DNA of 64,000 bases from Octopus vulgaris (lineage: Eukaryota): contig OX597829.1 in NCBI GenBank assembly GCA_951406725.2, positions 45,942,001-46,006,000 on the forward strand. Direction: 5' to 3'. The position numbers and the translations under genes are program-made. How positions within the stretch are numbered: position 1 is the stretch's first letter; each line of letters starts with the position of its first letter. Below the pieces are notes generated by a model. That model searched no databases. It saw only the letters and a list, made by a program, of their open reading frames with translations, and had not been told where the DNA came from. Below, one piece after another: positions 37,540 to 51,241 of the stretch.

Positions 37540-38960
37540 GAAACATGTTGATCTTCGGTTGTTGGAATGTAAGGAATTTACAAGACAGCAAAGGCAGTCT
37601 AGAAGGAAAAACAACACTAACTGCAAAGATAATCGGTTCCTATAATATTGATATTGTTGCTCTAAGTGAAACCAGGTTTACAGACACTGGTGAATTAAAA
37701 GAAGTTGGAAGTGGCTGAACTTTGTTTTGGTGGGGAAAGCCGGCAGATGAACCAAGAATTCATGGTGTTGGCTTTGTTATTAACCTGACTACTTCTCAAG
37801 TTGCCGTCTATCCCTCATGCTGTTGAGAGTCTCATGGCATTCCGTATAGCTATAGGTAATTCCTCACTTATGCAATTTAACAGTGTGTATGCATCTACTT
37901 TACCAGCATCCGAAGAAGAAGAATACAACCTCTATTCCAAATTGCAGACAGTTGTTAATAAAATTCCATTCCATGACAGAGTCATACAGATGAACGATTT
38001 CGATGTCATAATAGGTAACAATTATACAATGTTGTCAAAAGTAATAAGAAAACTTGGAACAGGAAAGATAGATGCAAGCGGGTTACGACTGTCATTGTCA
38101 ACAGAGAAAGCACGAGAACAAAATACTGACTTGTACATGGTCTTTGTCGACTTCAAGCTTTTGATACAGTGAATCGTGAGGCGCTCTGGAAAAATTTTTA
38201 TAAAAAGTTGGTCTTCCTCATAAAATGATGAGTAATATTATCTCTGCATAAAGAAATGATGGCAACAGTGATATCTAACAATGATTGTTGAGAGGCATTT
38301 TCTGTTGCAACTGGAACCAAGCAGGGCTGTGTTTTAGCTCACGTACTTTTTCCATATTTTCAACGATGCTCCGACATGCTTTTAGGGATTATCATGAAGG
38401 TGTAGAATGCCAGTTTCGCACAGAAGGCGGTCTACTAAACCTAAAAGGACATATTTCAGATCAAAGACAAAGATCAAGGAAGAGATTTTTTTTTCTTTAC
38501 TTGTTTCAGTCATTTGACTGCGGCCATGCTCGAGCACCGCCTTTAGTCGAGCAAATCGACCCCGGGACTTATTCTTTGTAAGCCCAGTACTTATTCTATC
38601 GGTCTCTTTTGCCGAACCGCTAAGTAACGGGGACGTAAACACACCAGCATCGGTTGTCAAGCAATGCTAGGGGGACAAACACAGACACACAAACACATAC
38701 ACACACACACATACATATATATACATATATACGACGGGCTTCTTTCAGTTTCCGTCTACCAAATCCGCTCACAAGGCATTGGTTGGCCCGGGGCTATAGA
38801 AGAAGACGCTTTGCCCAAGATGCCACGCAGTGGGACTGAACCCGGAACCATGTGGTTGGTTAGCAAGCTACTTTACCACACAGCCACTCCTGCGCCTATT
38901 GTAAGTGATTTTCCGATTGCTGATGACTGCGCTTTGGTTTCTCATCCATTAGACTTGAAG
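37540..38960 (+). mobile_element. Internally deleted RTE-type LINE (APE endonuclease and RT fragments)
   Basis: FGCWNVRNL, YNIDIVALSETRF, HGVGF, SVYASTL, EKAREQNTDLYMVFVDF, GTKQGCVLA, ADDCAL; a CORE SINE is inserted at 38490-38899. Confidence 0.85.
38490..38899 (-). mobile_element. CORE-type octopus SINE, full length
   Basis: Head and tail motifs as in the other copies. Confidence 0.9.
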
Positions 38961-39234
38961 ACACTACAACGAAACAGTTATATTGTGTTATCATCAACAG
39001 GCACAATTGTCCAATCGCAGGCAAAATCAAAAATCATCATTGACCTCCATTGTGGTTTCATAGCGAAATCCATACCGGGACTCAAAGTTACAATCACGGA
39101 TCCATCGCAAAAAGATGCAGCTTCTTTTTGTTTTTAGAGTTATTGTTTTCTTATTTTTCTCTCTCCATCTTTCCTTGTATCTAAATCTTCTGCTTCAACC
39201 AATCAATCATCGAAATCAACGAGAGTGACCATCT

Positions 39235-40087
39235 TGTATGTATGCATGCATGTATGTATGCATGTATGCATGTATGTATGTATGTATGTATGTATGTATG
39301 TATGTATGTATGTATGTATGTATGTATGTATGTATGTATATATGTATGTATGTATGTATGTATGTGTGTATGTGTGTGTATGTATGTATTATGTGTATGT
39401 ATGTATGTATGCACGTATGTATGTATGAATATATGTATGTATGTATGTATGTACGTATGTATGTATGAATGTATGTATGTATGTATGTATGTATGTATGT
39501 ATGTATGTATGTATGTATGTATGTATGTGTGTATGTATGTATGTATGTACGTATGTATGTGTGTATGCATGTATGTATGTATGTATGTATGTACGTATGT
39601 ATGTACGTATGTATGTATGTATGTATGTACGTATGTATGTATGTATGTATGTATGTATGCATGTATGTATGTATGTATGTATGCATGCATGTATGTATGC
39701 ATGCATGTATGTATGTATGTATGTATGTATGTTTGTATGTATGTATGCATGCATGTATGTATGCATGCATGTATGTATGTATGTATGCATGTATGTATGC
39801 ATGTATGTATGTATGCATGTATGTATGTATGTATGAATGTATGTATGTATGTATGTATGTATGTATGTATGTATTGTATGTATGTATGTATGTATGTATT
39901 GTATTGTATGTATGTATGTATGTATGTATTGTATTGGATGTATGTATGTATGTATGTAATGTATGTATGTATGTATGCATGCATGCATGTATGTATGTAT
40001 GTATGTATGTATGTATGTATGTATGTATGTATGTATGTATGTATGTATGTATGTATGTATGTGTGTATGTATGTATGTATGTATGTA

Positions 40088-40120
<33 letters not shown>

Positions 40121-40460
40121 GTGTGTATGTATGTATGTATGTATGTATATATGTATGTATGTATGTACGTATGTATGTATGTACGTATTATATATGTATG
40201 TATGTATGTACGTATGTATGTATGTACGTATTTATATATGTTTGTATGTATTTATGTATGTATGTATGTATGTATGTATTTATGCATGCATGCATGTATG
40301 TATGTACGTATGCATGTATATATGTATGTATGTATGTATTTATGTATGTATTTATATATGTATGTATGTATGTATGTATGTTTGTATGTATTGTATTGTA
40401 TGTATGTATGTAGGCAATGTATATATACATGGATGTACATGTATATATATACATGTGTGT
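39235..40460. repeat. Long (TATG)n microsatellite
   Basis: About 1.2 kb of visible tandem repeat. Confidence 0.97.
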
Positions 40461-40615
40461 ATAAAAGTAACAAACCAAGGAAAGGAATTCTTTCAAAGGG
40501 GTGTGAAAAGCATCTAATGCTACGTTAGTTGAGTACCACAGAAATAGGGGTATAATGCAAATCACAAACAATAAATTAAATTGAGAGATTCAATTGAGAA
40601 TCTAATAATTTATTC

Positions 40616-41031
40616 ATATTATAATGTAACATAATATACTATGAATACAATATAAGATATAACATAAAAAATCATTAAAAACCAAATGAGACAACAATTT
40701 GTTTCGACTTATATACATTATTTGATTTATAAACAATTTGTATACATATATATATATATAAGTCTCTTCAGAGCTTTGGTTCAAAAGACAGATGAAATTC
40801 CGTGTGAAAGGACGCCTGGATTGTAAAAAAAAGTTTTGCAATCCAGCTCTTTCACGCGGAATTTCGTCTGTCTTTTGAGCCAAAACCATAAGGAGACTTA
40901 TATACAAGGATATGAATTGTTTATAAATCAAATAATGTATACATGTCGAAACAAATTGTTGGCTCTTTTGGTTTTTTAATGATTTTTTATGTCATCATGT
41001 ATCATATTATATTCATAGTATATTATAATAT
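40616..41031. repeat. Diverged long inverted repeat centred near 40830
   Basis: CTGGATTGTAAAA..TTTTGCAATCCAG at the centre; the arms match out to ATATTATAAT at both ends. Confidence 0.88.
40681..40780 (-). ncRNA. Type I hammerhead motif with long stem II
   Basis: Minus: CCAAAGCT-CTGAAGA-GACTTATATA[loop]TATATAAGTC-GAAA-CAAATTG-TT-GTCTCATTTGG. The mirror arm supplies a better stem I strand, GGCTCTTTTGG. Confidence 0.65.
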
Positions 41032-41132
41032 ATTATAAATAAATTATTAGATTATCAATTAAATCTATATTTAATTTATTGAGTATATGTATGTATGTAT
41101 GTATACATATGCATGTATATGTATAGATATAT

Positions 41133-41238
<106 letters not shown>

Positions 41239-41253
41239 TATACAATATATGTA

Positions 41254-42544
41254 CGAGGGGCGTTCAATAAGTAATGCCCCTGACCCACTTCCCATAGCAG
41301 TAGAGCAACGAAACTTGGCACAGTTATTAGTCTTTTTCTACATAGGAACCACCCAGATTTACGCATTTCTCCCATTGTTTGATGCAGCTCTGGAGACCGT
41401 TTTTGTAGAAGACCCCAGCTTGGTCCTCCAACCTGAACGTGACTTCAGAAATCAAGGCTGCATCATCTGGGAAACGCTTTCCTTTCAAAAACAACTTCAT
41501 GACTGGGAAGAGGTGAAAATCAGAGGGTGCAAGGTCAGGAAAGTAGGGAGATGGGGGAGGAGTTCATAGCCATACGCCTGTGCTTCTGATCTGGCGACAA
41601 GCGAGTTGTGGACCAGAGCGTTGTCCTGCAGGAGGAGGATGTCTTTGCTGATCTTCCCCCGCCTCTTGATTTTGATAACTTCTCTTAATTTCCTCAAAAG
41701 TGAAGCATAATAGGCTCCTGCAATTGTGGTACCCTTTGCCAGGAAATATGTCATCACTACTCCGTCCTGGTCCCAGAAGACTGTGAGCATGACCTTGCCA
41801 GCGGAGGGCTGCACCCTTGCCTTCTTTGGAGGGGGTGAGTCACGGTGCTTCCTCTGCATTGACTGGGCTTTGGTCTCTGGATCATCGTGATGAACCCAAG
41901 TTTCATCCTTGTGTAATCAGTCTTTTGAAAAATTTTGACTCATCTTCTTGGCACATCTCCAAATTCACCCTCGAGCACTCGACGCGTTCTTGCTTCTGGA
42001 AAGGCGTGAGCAGCCTGGGAATCCATCTGGCAGACACCTTTTGCATATGCAAATGGTCATGAATGATAGTTTCCACAGACCCGGTACTAATCTTGACCTC
42101 ATGGGCTATTTGGCGAATAATTATGCGTCGATCTTCCAAAATGGCAGCCTCAACTTGACGGACAGATGCCTCATCAATGGCAGAAGGGGCGACCAGATCT
42201 GGGAGCTGTTTCCATAGAGTTCCGACCATGTTTGAATTCACGATGTCAGCGTTTTACAAGGTCATATGATGGGGCATCATCACCATAAGTTACTTTCATT
42301 TCATCAAAAGTCTCCCGTGGTGTGCGTCCTTTCAAATACAAAAACCGGATCACTGCTCGACACTCAACAGGCTCCATTTCACACTTGACTCGGTTCAAAC
42401 ACCTGTAAATCAAAAATCACAATTAATTCAGAGCTGTAATTTGCCACTTATTCTATAGAGATATAAATGATTGCACATGCAAAATTTCACCTAGATCCAA
42501 CAACTGCAAGTGGGTCAGAGGCATTACTTATTGAACGTCCCTCG
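41254..42544 (-). mobile_element. Full-length (1291 bp) mariner element with a transposase pseudogene
   Basis: TIRs CGAGGGGCGTTCAATAAGTAATGCC / GGCATTACTTATTGAACGTCCCTCG with TA flanks. Motifs KVSARWIPRLLT, GKVMLTVFWD, LLQDNA, frameshifted PDLAPSDF. Confidence 0.95.
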
Positions 42545-42579
<35 letters not shown>

Positions 42580-42725
42580 TTTATAGTGGTAAAGTAAATT
42601 ATTTTACTTTACCCTATTTTTATAAAGTAATATTTCAAATATACCGTAAATGGTCGTTTTACATACCAAACACTACTCGGTCGAATTAATTAATAATCAA
42701 TTAATTTTACCCTTTTTTATTGACA

Positions 42726-42796
<71 letters not shown>

Positions 42797-42913
42797 ATTA
42801 TATACATATGTATTTGTAACACACACACACATAATAAAAACAATTTTACATTGAAGTGAAGGATTTCTCGATATACTTGATAGAGTACAAACTTATTATT
42901 CGGTAACAGGAAC

Positions 42914-43002
42914 TGGCAGTAACTTCGAAGTCTGGGTTTGCTAAACCATCATCAGACAGTCCGATGAAAGCTTAGCTGGTCGAAACTTCGACGTCGCTGT
43001 CA
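42914..43002. ncRNA. Head-to-head pair of hammerhead-like motifs (+ copy at 42955-43001)
   Basis: +: GACAGT-CCGATGA-AAGCTTAGCTGGTC-GAAA-CTTCGACG-TC-GCTGTC. -: GACTGT-CTGATGA-TGGTTT(agc)AAACC..ACTTCGAAGT-T-ACTGCC (GAAA decayed). Confidence 0.55.
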
Positions 43003-43557
43003 ATACTTTTCTTGTTTAAGAATAATATATCGTGTTATATTAAATATGTGTGAATTGTTTAATACAACTTATATATTAATAATACGTAAACGAGCGCTTG
43101 TATATCTGTGTATGCGGTGTCTTTAATGTTTAGGTTTTGCATTCCACCGTTTCACAACCGTTATTGATTCCTTTCAAATTCCCTGTATTTAGTGCTTTAG
43201 GAAAAATAGATTCAATAAAATAAGTGCTACCAGACATATTAATATAGGTACTGGTGCCGATTCGTTCGATTAACCCCACAAAGTGGTGGTTTGGCATGAC
43301 CAAATTCGAATGACTGAACAAAATAAAATCATATATAAACGGAAAAGGAATTAAAGAGCGACCAATATAAAAGCCGAAATGAAACAGGAAAAATATGGGG
43401 AAAGCAAAATCAAAAAGGAAAAAAAGAAAAAGAAAAAAGAGGACGGGTTATAAAAGAAGGAAAAAAATAGTTGATTTATAAGTTAACGGATCTTCGTCAG
43501 TTTCGACGATGAGTATTCAGTTTTTTTTTTTTACCCTCAAATGAACTATATTCACAT

Positions 43558-43804
43558 AAGCGCAGGTACTGTTGTGTTTGAGAAGTTTGCTTCCTAACCA
43601 CATGGTTCCAGGTTCAATTCCATTATGGCGCTACGGTGCAATTTGGACATGTGTCTTCTACTGTAGTTCAGGGCTGACCAAAGTCTCGTGAATAAATTTC
43701 ATTCACTGAAATCTAAAGAAACGTGTCATGTGTACATGTGTGTGTGTATATATACGTGTGTGTGTGTGTATATACGTGTGTGTGTGTATGTGTGTGTGTA
43801 TACG

Positions 43805-43839
<35 letters not shown>

Positions 43840-43985
43840 CTTTATGTCCCTACCATTGCTTAACAATCCATGTTGATTGAATAAATACCACACTTAAGTG
43901 CTGGGATCGATGTGTTCAACTAAACTCTTCAATATGGTGCCCAAGCATGGCCGCAGTCCATTGACTGAAACAAGTAAAAAGGTAT
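43558..43985 (+). mobile_element. Diverged CORE-type SINE
   Basis: AACCACATGGTTCCAGGTTCAATTCC..GCATGGCCGCAGTCCATTGACTGAAACAAGTAAAA. Confidence 0.75.
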
Positions 43986-44281
43986 AAGTTCCCTCAACTA
44001 AACTACCTACTCACTGAGCTAGTCTGAAAATAGCTGCTTGTTTCGCAGTCTGCGAGCAGAATCAGAAAAAACATTGCACCTGACAAGGCTGGTCCTTTGA
44101 TTTACATGTATAACGAGTATAATCTAATCAACTGGTCTTTTGCTATTTTCGTCTACACATTTCACTCTCAAGATTTGGGTTGACTCGAACCTACAAAAAC
44201 GACACTTGCACAACATGTCATGTAATGAGATGGAAGACAAGACTCGTGATTATGAAACTAACTGCTTCACCATTTGGCTAT

Positions 44282-44595
44282 GGAGGCACATGGCCTAGTA
44301 GTTAGAGCAGCGGACTCACGGTCGAGGGATCGCGGGTTCGAATCTCAGAACAAGTGATGTGTGTGTTTATGAGCGAAAAACCTAAGCTTCACGCGGCTCC
44401 GGCAGAAGGTAATGGCGAACTTCTGATGACTCTTTCGCCACAACTTTCTCTCACTCTTTCCTCCTGCATCTTGCAGCTCACCTGCGACGGACCGACGAAC
44501 CGGTGTCCCGTCCAGGTGGAGAACCTATACGCCAATGAAACCGGGAAACCGGCCCTATGAGCCAGGCAGGGCTCGAGAAGGAACAAACAACAATA
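44282..44595 (+). mobile_element. tRNA-derived SINE
   Basis: TGGCCTAGTAGTTAGAGCAGCGGACTC..GGGTTCGAATCTC; head shared with 54386, tail (AAC)n. Confidence 0.8.
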
Positions 44596-44809
44596 ATTTG
44601 GCTATACTGTATCCACGTGCGATTACAAATGATGATGATAGCTGGTTCTTCGTATCCGAAGATTATTTGAAGAAGAGCCGCAAGCCTTTACATGGTTATG
44701 AAAACCGATCCTTGAATGACAGGCTTTGATGCGGTTGGGGAAATTTTCAGGCTTTGGTCAGATGGAAGCTGTGACGGTGTACGGACTGTATAACGGAATT
44801 TACATAATA

Positions 44810-46073
44810 GGTAAAAGAAAGAGTGAGAGTAAGCCTAAAAGAAAAGAAGGAAACGACGTGACATAAGAAGGAAATGTATACGAAAAGAAAGAAAGAATGT
44901 TAATAAAGAAAGATAGGAAGAAAGCGGAAAAAAGAGAAGGAGCCAAGGAAAATAAGAAGTGATGGAACCGAGGAACCAATGCATATGGAAAGGAAGAAGG
45001 AATGAAAGAAAGAAGGATAGGAAGAAAGAAAAAAGAAGGAAAAGGGGAAAAGAAATTATGAAAGATGAAAATAATAAATGGATCAAGGAAGAAAGATAAA
45101 AGTGAAAGTAAAAGAAAGTAAGAAAGAATGAAAAATTTGAAAGGAACGACTAAGAAGGGAAGAAAGAAAGAATGAATCGATGAAAGAAAAAGAGAAAGAA
45201 AGAATTAAAGGACGAATGAAAGAAAGATCGAAACGAAAGAAAAGAGATAAAGAAATCATTGAAAGACAAAGGCAAAATGCAAAAATGAATGAAAATAAGA
45301 AGTGAAGAAATAAAGAAAGAGAAAAGAAATGTAAGAAGGGACAGAAAGAGAAAAGAAAGGAAACAGAGAAAGACAGAGGGGAAGGAAAGGGAAAGGCAGA
45401 AGTAAAGAAAGAAAGGAAAGAAAGAAATAAGGGAAAAGTGAGAAGGAAAGAGAGTGGGAAAGAATGAGAGACGGAGAGAAAGAAGTACATCACGTAGTAA
45501 AAGAAAGAAGAAAACTAACAATGTTTTGAAAGTAGTAGTAGAGAGAGGGGGTAGAGGGAGCGAGAAAGAAAGAGAGAGGAGAATGAGAGAGAGAGAAAGA
45601 GGAGAGGAAAGGGAGAAAGAAAGAGAGAGGGGGAGAGAGAAAGAGAGAGAGAGAAAAGAGAGAAAGAAAGGGAGAGAGAAGAAAAGAGAGAAGGAGAGAG
45701 GGAGAAGGGAGAGGGAACGAAAAAGCAAGAGAGGAGAATGAGAGAGAGAGAGAAAGAAAGAGAGGAGAGAAGAGAGAGAGAAATGGAGAGAGAGGAGAGA
45801 GAGAAAGATAGAGAAAATTAAGGGAGAGAGAAGGAAAGAACAAGAAAGAGAGAAAGGAGAATGAAAGAGAGAGAAAGAGAAAGAGAGGGAGAGAAGTAGA
45901 GAGAAAGGGAGAGAGTGAGGGGGAGAGAGAAAGAGAGAGAAAGAAAGGGAGAGAGAGGAGAGAGAGAAAAAGAGAGAGTGTGAAGAAGTGAGAGATGGAG
46001 AGAGAGGAAGGGGAGAGAGAAAGAGAGAGAGAGAGAAGGAGATTAATAAAGAGAGAGAGAGAGGGGGAGAGAA

Positions 46074-46106
<33 letters not shown>

Positions 46107-46196
46107 GACAGAGCGAAAGAGAGGAAAAGAAAGTGAAAGTGAAAGAAAGAAAAATAAAGAAACATAAGAGAAAAGGAAAGACAGACGAACGGAGAA

Positions 46197-46232
<36 letters not shown>

Positions 46233-46235
46233 GCA
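44810..46235. repeat. Purine-rich (GA/GAA) low-complexity tract
   Basis: About 1.4 kb A/G tract ending in (GACA)n. Confidence 0.92.
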
Positions 46236-46610
46236 AAAACGGTGTATAATAAAAACTGGCCTATGTAGAACAAATATGAGTTCTTTGATCATAACAAAGC
46301 TTCAATTTCATAGCAATTACATTAAGGGTTTGTTTTTGTTTTTTTTGCCTCATTCATGGAACACAAACCATTCTTTTGAGAAGGGAGAATCTCGTTCTCT
46401 TTTTTATAACCTTATTGTCATTTTTTTGTGTGTGTTTTGGTCTATGTCTTTCTATCTCCTATTATCCCATCTTTGATTTCTTTCTATTATTTTTTCTTCA
46501 TTTCGTATTCAATAAATTCATTCATTCATTCATTCATTCATTCCAATAATTCGTTCAGAAATTCATTCATTCATTCATTCGCCTATTTATTCGTTCAATT
46601 ATTTTTACGC

Positions 46611-46682
<72 letters not shown>

Positions 46683-46976
46683 TTGTTTTCATCATCCGTG
46701 CGTGGTGAATGATTGTTGATATGACTGTTTTCTCTTTCTTTTTTTCTAATATGGCTGTTTCATAAAAATGGAATCATAATTTTGCGTTGGCACCGTAGAC
46801 GATTGTGTGTGTGCGTGTATGTGTGTATGTGTGTGTGTGTGTGTATGTATGTGTACGTGCACTTGTGTGTATGTGTATACGTGTGTGCAGGTCGGAATAT
46901 ATATACACACATGCAACCAGGCACAAATATTCACACACATTCGAACGTATATAAGTATAATAATGATTTTCTATAC

Positions 46977-47045
<69 letters not shown>

Positions 47046-47189
47046 TATATATATAAATATAAGTATATATATATATATGTATATATGTGTAAATAAACAT
47101 ATTTTGCTAAATATGTATAAAGATATGTATGTATAAGCTTAAAGAGACATTTGTAAATACACACACACACTCACACATATATATATATG

Positions 47190-47236
<47 letters not shown>

Positions 47237-47279
47237 ACATATATACATAAACATACATGTATATGTAAATATATGGGTT

Positions 47280-47322
<43 letters not shown>

Positions 47323-47627
47323 ATAGATAGGAAGACAGGTAAGTGATTCTGTTTATACACAAGCAATAACTCCCTCTACCCAACCCCGCTACCTAAAACA
47401 AAAAAAAAAAACAGTATAAGAGCATCGTATGTTTCATGTTTCCAAGATATGTTCTAAAGGGAAGTCGCACACATATTAAATGCATACTGCATGTCCCATT
47501 TAAACATGATACATATTTGAAAACTTGATAGTCGTCATAAGAGGAAAAAAAGCACATGCATATATCCCTACTAGTACAATTCGTTTATCAATATTGATCA
47601 TATATATATATATATACATATATATAT

Positions 47628-47667
47628 AAGTACACAGATACATAGTTATATATGTGTTTTAATAAAT

Positions 47668-47707
<40 letters not shown>

Positions 47708-47855
47708 ATTTATTAAAACACATATATAACTATGTATCTGTGTACTTATATATATATATATAAAGTACACAGATATATAGTTATATATGTGTTCTTATAT
47801 ATATATATATATAAGTACACAGATACATAGTTATATATGTGTTTTAATAAATTGA
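47628..47855. repeat. 43-bp unit in mixed orientations separated by (TA)n
   Basis: AAGTACACAGATACATAGTTATATATGTGTTTTAATAAATTGA: + at 47628, - at 47705, + partial at 47763, + at 47813. Confidence 0.93.
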
Positions 47856-48103
47856 TATATATATATATATATATATGAGATACACATGTTTTCTCTATAT
47901 TTTATATATATTACAAACATATTATATACTATATATATATATATACATACCCACTCATACACTCACACTCACAAACACATACGCACATATTCAAGTTGCG
48001 TATGTACTTATAATTGCGCCCAGCATATAAAAGTGCGTTCGTGTAGGTGTGTCTGCATGTATGTATACATATATATATATACGTACATACATTGACATAT
48101 ATC

Positions 48104-48149
<46 letters not shown>

Positions 48150-49526
48150 GTATGCATGTGTATATCTACTTAACTATTTATCTATCTGTTATCTATGTCT
48201 GTATATATATATATATATATAAATATATGTGAGTGTGTATATATGTATGATTGTATGTATGTATATCTATCTATCTATATATATATATATATATATATAT
48301 GCATGTATGTATATATTCTACATAGTTTATTAGTCTCAAAGCACTCACTTGAGCTTCTTTATAAAACTATAAGATTTCATTGTATTATATTTCACGATTG
48401 TTTCTGCTTTCCCTTCTTTCTTATCTCCACACACCAATAAATACACCATGCAGATGCCTATAGATATGCACATACATACATACATACATACATTTGTGTA
48501 GACACATCTCCTATGCGTCTGACATATCAACAAGCAACCAGACCCATGCAGTCAGATAGACACACAGACACACACACATATGCAGGGAGAGTAAGAGAGA
48601 GAGAGAAAGGGGAGAAGGAGGAACAGATAATGAGGGAGATTATTTAAACTGAATATTTAAACTCGCTGCTCGAGTTTCACGCTGCAATATAAACACATTA
48701 TTGTACTCATATCTAGGGCAACAGGAACAAAAGTACTAAAATTTTTGCAATGTTTTTATTTCTCTGTGTATAAAAAGAAAAAGAAAACAACAACACAAAG
48801 CAAAAAAAAAAAAAAAAAAACAACACAAAAGCAAGCACAACCGAAAACAAGAAACCCCCACCCCACCAGAATGGAACAACAAAACCAAAACAAATAAGGA
48901 GAAAATCTAAATCTTGCCCAGTTCTTAATAATTTAAGTATGTTCAATTTCGTTTCATCGTTCACGGTTTTACCCTTCCAATGGCCAATCTTATGTGGTTG
49001 GCTTGTTGTCGATACTACTGCCCCCTCTTTTGAGTTTCCTGCCGTAATATCGGTTCATCTAGGACCTTGGGTAGCAAGAGGTCGAGTTGTAACTTGAAAA
49101 CATCTATACCCCTGCTCCATGAAGACCTCTCAAGTGTTTTGGCAAAGTGGTGAATAGTTGTAGATTCTTGAATCCCAAGCTTTTGCAGTATATGGTCCTC
49201 ACTCTGGACAAGATAGCTGGGACCTTTGGAACAGTGCAGTGACTTCCAGTGCGGGGGTCAGTATAGCTCTTGATGTCAAACGTATATCACGGCATTCCTA
49301 CCTCTCCCGTCTTCACTCCAGGGAGTAGAATCATCTCGGAGTAGCTCATCTGTTCCGTTGATGCAATATTTTTGGTATAGCATCACTGAACTGCTTTGAG
49401 TTCCTCGATTAATTTTAATCTGTAAGGTAAACACAGTTGAGAGTAGTAGTGCAGACAGCTGAGTGCAAATGCATCAAGGACCCCACTCCATACTCTCTCT
49501 CTTTCTCTCTTTCTGTCCCCCATCCC

Positions 49527-49783
49527 TACGTAAACACACCAGCATCGGTTGTCAAGCAATGCTAGGGGGACAAACACACGCACACAAACACACACACATG
49601 TATATATATACATATATACGACGGGCTTCTTTCAGTTTCCATCTACCAAATCCACTCACAAGGCTTTGGTCGGCCCGAGGCTATAGCAGAAAACACTTGC
49701 CCAAGATGTCACGCAGTGGGACTGAACCTGGAACCATGTGGTTGGTAAGCAAGCTACTTACCACACAGCCACACCTGCGCCTA
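49527..49783 (-). mobile_element. CORE-type SINE, 3'-truncated
   Basis: Head TAGGCGCAGGTGTGGCTG on the minus strand. Confidence 0.85.
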
Positions 49784-49785
49784 TG

Positions 49786-49943
49786 TATATAATTGTTAAA
49801 CAGGACAGCAATCATTAAGGCAAGGTCAACATCTCAAGTCGTATACAATATTATTATTGGAAATCTTTACCAATAATAATATTGTATACGAGCTGAGACG
49901 TTGGCCTTGCCTTAATGTTGTTGTCCTTTTTGACAGTTATATA
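49786..49943. repeat. Imperfect hairpin / inverted repeat (~75-bp arms)
   Basis: CGTATACAATATTATTATTGG(aaatcttta)CCAATAATAATATTGTATACG at the centre. Confidence 0.88.
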
Positions 49944-50171
49944 TCCACTGCATCAGAAATCTGCAATGGCTCCATAACTAGCGTCTCGGCTATATAACCT
50001 TGGAGCCCTAGTTAATCCGTTACAGCACTTACCTAGCGTACCTAATCGTTTAGATCACCTGTGAACTAACCCCCCCCCTACTTTGTATATATATATCTGT
50101 ATGTGTGTGTGTATACATACATACACACATATGTATATGAGTATATATATATATATGTATATATATGTATA

Positions 50172-50203
<32 letters not shown>

Positions 50204-50700
50204 AACATACATACATACATACATACATACATACATACATCCCTATATATATATATATATTTATATATTTATAAATATATGTAAGCAAAAATAAAGGTTA
50301 CAAACCTCATTCAGGGATAACAAAATCCTATGAAATCCTATACAAAGAATATTGACCATTACAGTTAATACTCAACTGCAAGGTAACTATATAAACCGTG
50401 GTTTATATATAGAAGATGAGAAGATAGATAGGTAATTAATAAATCAATATTTATTAATTAAAAAAATCGACAAAACTCCCTTAAAGATGTTTTAGTTCTA
50501 TACCTTCAATAAATTAATTAATTAAATTAAACCACTACCAGTTAAAGTTATACAGAATAGGTGTTCAATTCCTGCATGTTGAGAAAACGACCGCAAACCG
50601 TTAACAGATAAAATTTATACATAAAGAACATAGTATAAAAAAATGGTAGAGCCCTTAAAAGGAAAGTAAGGTTGTGTATACTGGAGTTGTAAAGTAAGAA

Positions 50701-51241
50701 TATAACAATATATTCATCTGTAAGGCGGCAAGTGGCAGAAACGTTAGCACGCCGGGCGAAATGCGTAGCCGTATTTCGTCTGCCGTTACGTTCCGAGTTC
50801 AAATTCCGCCGAGATCTACTTTGCCTTTCATCCTTTCGGGGTCGATAAATTAAGTACCAGTTACGCACTGAGGTCGATATAATCGACTTAATCCCTTTGT
50901 CTGTCCTTGTTTGTCCCCTCTGTGTTTAGCCCCCTGTGGGCAATAAAGAAATAAGAAACGTTAGCACACCGGGCAAAATGCGTAGCTGTATTTCGTTTGC
51001 CGTTATGTTCTGAGTTCAAATTCCGTCGAGGTCGACTTTGCCTTTTATCATTTCGGGATCTATAAATAAAGTACCAGTTTCGCACTGGTGTCGATGTAAT
51101 CGACTTAATCCCTTTGTCTGTCTTTGTTTGACCCCTCTATGTTTAGCCCCTTGTGGGTACTAAAGAAATTATATAACAATATATTCATCTGTAAGGCGGC
51201 GAACTGGCAGAAACGTTACCGTATAACAATATATTCATCTG
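50701..51241 (+). mobile_element. Tandem Nin/Deu-type SINE array with a triplicated 20-bp target
   Basis: TATAACAATATATTCATCTG at 50701, 51172 and 51222. SINE copies at 50721-50955 and ~50956-51170, plus a ~30-bp head at 51192. Confidence 0.9.

Noticed and set aside
47628-47855. Repeat-spacer appearance suggesting a CRISPR array
   Set aside because: The spacers are (TA)n, orientations are mixed, the context is eukaryotic and there are no cas genes.
48960-49460. Unique-looking mid-GC stretch, possibly coding or a LINE relic
   Set aside because: No sustained ORF or recognisable motif.
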